This document shows positions 10,180 through 17,548 of a stretch of 55,864 nt of DNA, piece after piece. A program made the position numbers and the translations under genes. How positions within the stretch are numbered: position 1 is the stretch's first letter; the number at the start of each line of letters is the position of its first letter. The DNA comes from an uncultured bacterium (GTDB lineage Bacteria; Cyanobacteriota; Vampirovibrionia; Obscuribacterales; Obscuribacteraceae): contig CAJXZK010000001.1 in NCBI GenBank assembly GCA_913063055.1, positions 1 through 55,864 on the forward strand, read 5' to 3'. The notes below the pieces were generated by a model. That model made no database searches, was not told where the DNA came from, and was given only the letters and a program-made list of their open reading frames with translations.

Positions 10180-10406
10180 ATCAACCTTTCAGAAACTGTC
10201 GATAAAACGATCATAACACCACGCCAAATTGTAACTTTGCCGGCTTTGGGCACACGGCCAATTTTCACCACACTAGTATTCTTCCCACCCATTGACCACA
10301 GTTCTGACACATTGGCTCACCAACATGCAGTTATGGTCAAGGGTTAGCATTGCCAATCAAATAGTAAAACGCAATGAAGAATTAAGGGAAGAAGTTACTT
10401 CATACG

Positions 10407-10718
10407 CTAATTAAGAAGTTCTGCGTCACGAGCAAAAGCCACGAGCCAATTAACAATGGCTGGCACAAGCAAACCAAATTTAATCAAAAACACTCCGATA
10501 TGAGCCTTCCGACCTGCTCTATGAAGAGCGATTGGATTCATAAAAATGGAGCGCTGGTAAGTAAAAAGTCCAACCAAGAAAAGCACTAAACCAAAGGCTA
10601 AAGCTGATAACTCAAACGAACTAGCTACGAGATTGAGCAAAGCTTCTATATTCGCCAGCATGTTACAACGCACTGTCCCGGGCAAACCTACAATTGCTAC
10701 TGTTTCTTGCGCTTCCAT
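10407..10718 (-). CDS. Small two-TM membrane protein, pilin-like topology
   Basis: GGAG RBS; two hydrophobic segments separated by a short basic loop. Confidence 0.65.
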   Translation of the reverse strand: MEAQETVAIVGLPGTVRCNMLANIEALLNLVASSFELSALAFGLVLFLVGLFTYQRSIFMNPIALHRAGRKAHIGVFLIKFGLLVPAIVNWLVAFARDAELLN

Positions 10719-10802
10719 ATCAATGTCACTCCATGTCTATATGAAGAACATAAAGCAACAAAGAAACTTGAAACAGCGGATTAGCACTGAATGTAATTCA
10801 GG

Positions 10803-12299
10803 CTAATCTTCTATAGTTTTGATCCGTCGGATTAAGGGTACCAAGACACCGCGAACCGCAGTTTCAGTGCGAAGGTGACGCCCCTCACCCGGCTTGGCAG
10901 AATGCTCACCGTGGTTTCCGCTATGACGACTCTTCCCGTGCTCATTGGCTTCGCGTGTTTCTTTGGCTAGTGAGTCAACCATTTTCAGGGCGTCAGAAAT
11001 CTTTTCTAGTGGTTCGAGTTTTTTATTTAGCCCTTTTAGCTTTTCCAGCTCCTCCGCTGGCATCAAGCTTTTAACAGCCTTTGGAACCAAACTCTCCTTG
11101 AAACTTTCAAACTCTTCATTAGACATCAATTCATCAAGCAAAAGCTCAGTGCCAATGCCCGTTAGAATTCGCGTTCTCTCCTGCACAGGCAGCTGCGCCC
11201 ACTCGTGGTCAAGTCGATGCACAAATCGGTCAGCATCTCTAAAAATCTTGCCGTTATCGCCGTAATAAGAGGCAGCTCCGATAGTTCCCAGATAGTCACT
11301 AAACCTTCCGTAGGATTCACTAGAACTGGTAACCGCCTTAGCGAAAGAGTCCGCAACCTTTCCGGCGCAGCCGGCGGCCTTTGCTTCATCATTTACCGCC
11401 ACGGCAGCAATAAAGTCAGTTACGTCAGCAAGGCGCTCAAGACGTGGCCCCAAAGTTTGAAGTGAACCAACAATCCCGCCAATAGTGCCATCAACTATCA
11501 CCTGACTAGCGGCCCCCCAGCCTTCAGATGACGCCTTAGTAAAGATCTGCAGTTGCTTGTCTAAGGGTAATTTAGCCAGGTCCTGAATGGCCTGAAGCCA
11601 ACCCTGGTGATTGTTCTCTAATTTCGGTTTTTGCGATTGCAAATCTAGATTTTCTTCAACAGAGCCACGCAAAAGCGTGCCTTGGTGTTCAGAAGAGGGA
11701 ACTATGCGACCGTGAACCTCAAGTGAGCGCACCACAGAGCCATGCCCCGCACCTGAATGCTCCGAAGGCTTATGTTCCGTAGGTTTATGTTCCGTAGGCT
11801 TATGTTCCGTAGGTTTATGTTTCGCGGCCACATCAAAGTGTGCCATACCGAGATCATGGCCTGGTTGGGTAGGATGCACATCCATACGGACCGAACCTTT
11901 TAACGGCTCATTGATAGATTGTGCAACGGCAGTTAACTCTTCAGGTAGTTTCACCGAATCAAGGGGTAAGGCCACAGCGGTGAGTTCTTCCGGCAGGCTG
12001 GGCTTCAGCACCGGTTTCGTTTCAATTGCTGGTGCGGTTTGTTCTCTTCCTGGCTTATTTCTAGAAACTACTCGATCACCAAAATCTATCTCTATACTTT
12101 CATTCTGAGCATCCAGGTCTATGCCACTAAATCTACGCAGGGAGCCATCGCTGGCATTCGAGCGTGTTTTCTCAACTGTCGAAATCTCTGCGGCACCTGA
12201 GTTTCGGGCAGCCTGTGCGTCAGCACTTTTCAGAGTCTTGGCTTCAGCTGAGTCGTTGCGGCCCTGGTCACCTTGATCTCTTACTTTATCGTCTGGCAT
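10803..12299 (-). CDS. Hypothetical effector/pre-toxin-like protein with a polar leader and KPTEH repeats
   Basis: GGAG RBS; 498 aa; Gly/Ala-rich amphipathic central helices. Confidence 0.7.
   Translation of the reverse strand: MPDDKVRDQGDQGRNDSAEAKTLKSADAQAARNSGAAEISTVEKTRSNASDGSLRRFSGIDLDAQNESIEIDFGDRVVSRNKPGREQTAPAIETKPVLKPSLPEELTAVALPLDSVKLPEELTAVAQSINEPLKGSVRMDVHPTQPGHDLGMAHFDVAAKHKPTEHKPTEHKPTEHKPSEHSGAGHGSVVRSLEVHGRIVPSSEHQGTLLRGSVEENLDLQSQKPKLENNHQGWLQAIQDLAKLPLDKQLQIFTKASSEGWGAASQVIVDGTIGGIVGSLQTLGPRLERLADVTDFIAAVAVNDEAKAAGCAGKVADSFAKAVTSSSESYGRFSDYLGTIGAASYYGDNGKIFRDADRFVHRLDHEWAQLPVQERTRILTGIGTELLLDELMSNEEFESFKESLVPKAVKSLMPAEELEKLKGLNKKLEPLEKISDALKMVDSLAKETREANEHGKSRHSGNHGEHSAKPGEGRHLRTETAVRGVLVPLIRRIKTIED
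11767..11821. repeat. 15-bp in-frame tandem repeat, about 3.7 copies (KPTEH)
   Basis: GG(C/T)TTATGTTCCGTA repeated. Confidence 0.9.
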
Positions 12300-12328
12300 G
12301 ATTTACTCCAGTTGCTACAGAGAAATTT

Positions 12329-12354
12329 ATGCCCCGTCTACTCAGTCTAAAAAC
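12329..12354 (-). promoter_or_regulatory. Candidate SigB/SigF-type promoter
   Basis: Minus strand GTTTTT-N14-GGGCAT, about 30 bp upstream of the ATG at 12299. Confidence 0.4.
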
Positions 12355-12474
12355 TCACAAAACAATGCATATTCTCCTTCCAATAAGGTTTTATAGTTCG
12401 GCGGGAGTCTCTCAGGCAGAGCGCGCTAGCATCTAAACAGGCAAAGATTTTCTATTAAAATAGCGCGGTAACAG

Positions 12475-12900
12475 CTAGTCCCTATGACTGGCCGGAAAAA
12501 TCAGCCGTATAAAAAGAATCAGACCGGTACAAATCATATAAATACACACCGGGATACTAAATCCTGGCTCAACTACAGCTTCATTTGGGTTAGCAGGATT
12601 ATATGAAACCCTGATGTTCTTACCGATTTCAGGGTCTACACCGTTATAGCTAGTGACCTGATTACCCAGGTTGAACTCCATGCCAACCCGGGAAAACGTC
12701 AGCTCTAAAGAGTGTTCAAAATTGGTAGTGTATTTCTTCGGCCCCACTTGAAAAGCAGCAGTACGGCCAACCTTTGTGTCATTTTTTACCACGACGGCAT
12801 TAGCCACCGGCCATTTAGCGCTATTGCTAGCATCAGTAAAGGCGGGAACAGCCAAGATAAGTGCTATTACAGCGGGAATTAGTGCAAAAATGAAACTCAT
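12475..12900 (-). CDS. DUF3592-like membrane protein
   Basis: TM, then SAKWPVANAVV...VSYNPANPNEAV, then TM. Confidence 0.7.
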   Translation of the reverse strand: MSFIFALIPAVIALILAVPAFTDASNSAKWPVANAVVVKNDTKVGRTAAFQVGPKKYTTNFEHSLELTFSRVGMEFNLGNQVTSYNGVDPEIGKNIRVSYNPANPNEAVVEPGFSIPVCIYMICTGLILFIRLIFPASHRD

Positions 12901-14249
12901 ATTAACGACCTACAACTTCCATCATTTTTTATTTCTACCACACGCATTACATAGTACGCCACAGCAGCTACGAGCCAAGACTGCACAGAGCAGATACCAA
13001 CAAAAAGTGACTCTAAACCAGGAATCACCCCAGCAGTGCAGATACCCACAAGCAATCCAAGGTGAGAAGCAATAAAGGCTGGCCAGCGAATAGCTGGCAA
13101 CTCATTCATCGGTACGACCACAGAACTATTATCGGGCAAATTATAACGCAGCTTGATTACAAATTCTTCGATAATCATAATCACCGTCATTACCGGAATG
13201 ATTACACAATTGAGCGATGCAATTGACTCCAGGGAGCGGCTTGAACCAGCTTGCGCCAACCAGGCGGCAAAAGCAGAAGAGGCACCAGCGAGAATAATGA
13301 CAGCGACCTTATGAGGCAATCGTTTGAGATTTTCTAAGGCATTGATCATGCCGTACATATTGGAATCGTTAGCAGCGCAATAGTTTGCAATCAGCACAAG
13401 AGCGGCAAACAATGCCACTCCACCAAACGAATAGACATTCATATAATTAGTGGCAGTAATGTAATCGGTGATACCAGAAAGCCTTGCCACCATCCAACCG
13501 GTAGCGGGAAAAATTACTTCACCCACCAGCAGAGCCGCAATCAGCGAATAGACTACAAACTTCTTATTGGGTTTGCTATAGCGCCAATAATCGGGCTCGT
13601 TGCCCCAGACCGCAAAACCAATGACAAAGCTCGAAACCAGAGTCAATGCCGACATGAAAGACACCGGAGCATGGCCAGGCACAGAGGAAGCGGTCAAGAC
13701 ATCTATTGGTACGGTCGGGACGACTTTACAAAAAGTGTAGCCAACCCAAAGCACCAAAAGCGGTGCAGCAAAATAGCGAGCGAAATTAGCGACGCCCTGA
13801 AAGCCAAAGAAATTATTGACTGCCATCAGCATTGATAAGCAAGCAGCAAAGAGCGGCACCGGCCAGTCGATATGAAACAAGCCCTTAAGCGCATCGGCAC
13901 AGAGCACGGCGTCGATAGCGTACCAGGCAGACATCAACCAAATGGCATGAAACGAGACCAGCCAGGTGCCATAGCGTCCAAAAGTCTGTCTTGTCAAAAC
14001 CGAATAAGTAAGACCGCTGCGCACACCAAGCCAGGCTGCTGGCACCGAATAGATCAAGAGGAAGAAGCAACTCAAGATCGAACAAGTCAAAACCTGTCCA
14101 AGAGTGAGCCCCTGCTTAAACCACTGAAAGCCAATCAAGACTGTCGGGAAGGCCGTCACCATGGTAATCCACAACAGTGTCATGGTGATTGGGCCGCGGC
14201 GTTCGCCTAAAGGAACAGCGTCAAGGATATGATCATCGCCGCTGTTCAT
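12897..14249 (-). CDS. NCS1-family (cytosine/purine permease, CodB-like) transporter
   Basis: About 12 TM segments; VPLGERRG, GVRSGLT..VLTRQTFGRYG, PDYWRY, NDSNMY. Confidence 0.85.
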   Translation of the reverse strand: MNSGDDHILDAVPLGERRGPITMTLLWITMVTAFPTVLIGFQWFKQGLTLGQVLTCSILSCFFLLIYSVPAAWLGVRSGLTYSVLTRQTFGRYGTWLVSFHAIWLMSAWYAIDAVLCADALKGLFHIDWPVPLFAACLSMLMAVNNFFGFQGVANFARYFAAPLLVLWVGYTFCKVVPTVPIDVLTASSVPGHAPVSFMSALTLVSSFVIGFAVWGNEPDYWRYSKPNKKFVVYSLIAALLVGEVIFPATGWMVARLSGITDYITATNYMNVYSFGGVALFAALVLIANYCAANDSNMYGMINALENLKRLPHKVAVIILAGASSAFAAWLAQAGSSRSLESIASLNCVIIPVMTVIMIIEEFVIKLRYNLPDNSSVVVPMNELPAIRWPAFIASHLGLLVGICTAGVIPGLESLFVGICSVQSWLVAAVAYYVMRVVEIKNDGSCRSLI

Positions 14250-14956
14250 TCATTTCTCTCCAGCAGCGTCAGAAGCAGTTTTTCCACCTCTGGCCACTCG
14301 CTGTCGAGTATGCGAAACCAGGCAGTATCTCGGTTGCGTCCTTTTATGATGAAGTGACTCTCCTGAATACCCTCGAATTTGAAACCCATGCGCAAAGCCG
14401 CTTGGCGTGACCGCAAATTAAGAGCATCACATTTCCACTCCACTCTTCTATAACCCAAATTAAAGGCATGTTGCAGAAGCAAATAAGTAGCTTCTAAATT
14501 AGCTTTGGTGCGCTGCGCAAGTGGGCTATACCAGATGTTTCCCAGTTCAATTTTGAGATGGTTGGGAAAATTATTGAGGTAGTTGACCACACCAATCTGT
14601 TTATTGGTAGCCACATCAAAAACACAAAAACACAGACCGTTCTCAGCTTTCTCTTGCGCAAAGAGAAAGGCCGCCAATTTGCAGCTCGTCGGAAATGGGC
14701 CAGCCGACATATATCGCCAAATTAAAGCATCGGCATCATAACTAGCAATTTTACGTTCACCAAGCTCAGCTGCCGAACCGTTCGAAACAGCAAATAGAGC
14801 TTCGTTATCGCGCTGCAAATCGATCGGTACGAGCTTAACGTGCCGACCAACGAGGGTTACAGCAACAGGCTTAAGCGGCAAAGAATTGCTTTTTGCAAGC
14901 ACTTCATCTGGTAGCAATTCCGATACTTCGGCTCCAGTTTCATTCAAGAGCGGCAC
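14246..14956 (-). CDS. GNAT N-acetyltransferase (RimJ/RimL type)
   Basis: LGYRRVEWKCDALNLRSRQAALRMGFKFEG, KGRNRDTAWF. Confidence 0.9.
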   Translation of the reverse strand: MPLLNETGAEVSELLPDEVLAKSNSLPLKPVAVTLVGRHVKLVPIDLQRDNEALFAVSNGSAAELGERKIASYDADALIWRYMSAGPFPTSCKLAAFLFAQEKAENGLCFCVFDVATNKQIGVVNYLNNFPNHLKIELGNIWYSPLAQRTKANLEATYLLLQHAFNLGYRRVEWKCDALNLRSRQAALRMGFKFEGIQESHFIIKGRNRDTAWFRILDSEWPEVEKLLLTLLERNE

Positions 14957-16391
14957 TCACTTCTAGCTCTGCGTTTTCTGTTGCTTCAAGTGTCGCTTCA
15001 AGCAGAATCGCTGCGATAGAATCGATCCAATCGCTGTGTTCATGCTTGATAAAACAGGAGCGGAGAACAGTGACACTATCTTGGTCCCAATCTAACATCA
15101 TATTTTCTTCAAGCAGTGAGCTAGGTAAAGTTGCCAGAGCTAAATGCAAATTCTTGGCAGCAGCAAGCTTAAATACTCGCCGAGACAAGGCCGAAACAGC
15201 GCTGGCCTTGGCCGTCTTTGCCTTCAAAGCTGCACTCAGAGGCATCGGGGCGTAAATGAGAATATCCAGATCAGGCTTAAGCGGCAGGAAGAACTTAGCA
15301 CTAGAATCAGAAATCGAAATCGACTTCAGCTTATCATACATCTGCAATGCCGCCTGCCTGCACTTTTCAAGATTGACTGCAAACTGGCCACCCTTGAGCA
15401 AGGGAAACATTTGCTGCGTAGCCCAAAGGGCGGCAGCCGAGGCACCAGGCCTGGAACATTCAAGGCTAATTTCACCGAGATGCAGGTCAGCAGAACTAAA
15501 ATAGGTGTAGGGAGAATCATGTTTATAAAGAGCTCCCACAGCAGGATCTTTAAACAAAACGCAACCACAACCATAAGGCTGATAGCCATGCTTGTGCGGA
15601 TCGATCACCACCGAATCAGCTTCCTTTATCAAGGCATAGGTCTCGGCCACAGCCTCATCTAAATTTCCGGCCAAAATAAAGTAGCCACCATAGGCGGCAT
15701 CAACATGAATACGAAACTGATACTTATCGCGCAGCTTCAGAACGTCTTTTAGTGAGTCGACAGAGCCTGTCGATGTAGTTCCGGCTGTTACCACCACAGT
15801 GCCAACATTGCCTTGAATTAGATGTTCTTCTAGTGCGACCATGTCCATGCGACCGCTAGGTGCCACAGCAACCTTAGCGAACTCTAGACCCAGTACCGCA
15901 CTGATGCGACTGTGGGTATAGTGCGCCTGTTCTGAAGCGAGAATTGTCTTTCCCGGGTGCAAGGTTCCCGCCACCCACAAGGCTTCTAAGTTAGCCATGG
16001 TGCCCCCCCCGCACAAATGGCCGAGATGCTGCTCGAAACCAAACATTGAAGCAATGTTGGCTACAGCTTCTTTCTCTAAAGCAGAAGTGGCTCTGCCCCC
16101 ATCTAAAGCGTGATTGTTGGGATTGACCCAAAGGCTAAGCATGTAAGCTAAGCGAGCAATTGAGTGTGGCGGCTTGAGCATTTGCCCAGCGTAAAGCGGA
16201 TGCTGATAAGGATAGTTATCTTGCAAGCGCTCGGCTAGATCGAGCATAACCACTCGCAATCTATCAACATCAACTTCTGCTTCAAAATGAGGAAGATCAG
16301 CGAAACCTTCCTGCATTTTGTTGACAGCTTCTTCGAGCAAATGCAAACTTCTAGTCTCAAACAGCATATTTAATCTACGTCTCTCAGCCAA
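14940..16391 (-). CDS. Group II PLP-dependent amino-acid decarboxylase
   Basis: GGTMANLEAL, AHYTH, HVDAAYGG, DPHK (PLP lysine); start may be ATG 16367. Confidence 0.9.
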   Translation of the reverse strand: MAERRRLNMLFETRSLHLLEEAVNKMQEGFADLPHFEAEVDVDRLRVVMLDLAERLQDNYPYQHPLYAGQMLKPPHSIARLAYMLSLWVNPNNHALDGGRATSALEKEAVANIASMFGFEQHLGHLCGGGTMANLEALWVAGTLHPGKTILASEQAHYTHSRISAVLGLEFAKVAVAPSGRMDMVALEEHLIQGNVGTVVVTAGTTSTGSVDSLKDVLKLRDKYQFRIHVDAAYGGYFILAGNLDEAVAETYALIKEADSVVIDPHKHGYQPYGCGCVLFKDPAVGALYKHDSPYTYFSSADLHLGEISLECSRPGASAAALWATQQMFPLLKGGQFAVNLEKCRQAALQMYDKLKSISISDSSAKFFLPLKPDLDILIYAPMPLSAALKAKTAKASAVSALSRRVFKLAAAKNLHLALATLPSSLLEENMMLDWDQDSVTVLRSCFIKHEHSDWIDSIAAILLEATLEATENAELEVSAALE

Positions 16392-16535
16392 TACAAATAA
16401 GAGCCAAACTATAGCAAAAATTGAAACTCAAGGGGCAAATGCTCAAGGACTGATGCTCAAGGGCTGGCACTCACGAATCTTTCACGCTGCCATCGCTAAT
16501 CTCAGACATACACCCCACACTGCAAGAGGTTCAAT

Positions 16536-17519
16536 ATGTTCGACCAGGTTCATGAAGACGCTAGGCCAAAAATTGAGCCCGCCACTTCGGCTTTTCTTGA
16601 TCAACTGCAAAAGCCCTTCAGCGCTGGCAATATAGCCGACAACAAAGCAGAAGCAGGTTTCAATAAAACCAATAACAAAGGCAGCCTGAACGACCTGTTG
16701 TTCGATCCCACGCCCCTAGGAAAGGCACTTAATAGTGGCTTCAAGGCCGAACCTCATCATATAGAAAATGTGCCAATTCCGAAGCCAAGACCGGCAGATT
16801 TAGAGACAAAGAAAGCTGAAACAGAAAAACCAGCTCCACTTTCAAGAGATCAAAAAACAGCCCTAAAAGAATTGACAGCCTTTAAATTTGGACCAATCAC
16901 GGGCCCTGGCATGAGTGAAGCAAAGGCAGCCAGCGACCAACTAATTAAAGAGCCAAATAAAGCTACAGCTTTACCCAAATACAAAGGTCGCTTCGAAGAC
17001 GCTATCGCCACCTCCGACAAAAACTATTTTGATATAGAGAAGAAACAAAGCCCTGTCATTACTGCGGCTGAACTCAACTATGGCATGGCCATCACCAGGC
17101 TAACTGATTCTTTCAGCACCTTTAAACAGGAGATTGAAAAACTGCCGCCCGATGCACAGAAAAAAGCACAACAATTGCAAACCGACCTGGCTGATCCAGC
17201 TAAAACAGGAAAGGCTCAACAAAGGTTTGCCAACGACTTCAAAGACTATCCAGATTTTGTCAGCGCCACTAGCAAGCTAATTTCCGACTCCAAAGCAGAA
17301 GAGCTGGCCAATTCGGAATTAACCACAGCCCGCAAACCATTAATTGACGCTGCAAAAGAGGAGGCTCTGACAAGATACATTTACAAGCGAGCAGCAGATT
17401 TAGCTGGCAATGCCACACTTTCAAGAAGTGTGGGTGAAGAGGCACTACTAATGGCACAACGAGCAATCGAAATTGAACAAAAAGAGAAACCTAAAGCCAG
17501 CAGTCTAATTGGCATTTGA
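16536..17519 (+). CDS. Hypothetical helical protein with a polar N-terminal leader
   Basis: AGAGG RBS, 327-aa ORF. Confidence 0.7.
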   Translation: MFDQVHEDARPKIEPATSAFLDQLQKPFSAGNIADNKAEAGFNKTNNKGSLNDLLFDPTPLGKALNSGFKAEPHHIENVPIPKPRPADLETKKAETEKPAPLSRDQKTALKELTAFKFGPITGPGMSEAKAASDQLIKEPNKATALPKYKGRFEDAIATSDKNYFDIEKKQSPVITAAELNYGMAITRLTDSFSTFKQEIEKLPPDAQKKAQQLQTDLADPAKTGKAQQRFANDFKDYPDFVSATSKLISDSKAEELANSELTTARKPLIDAAKEEALTRYIYKRAADLAGNATLSRSVGEEALLMAQRAIEIEQKEKPKASSLIGI

Positions 17520-17548
17520 TAGGTGGAGCATCAATAGAAAAAGAAAAA

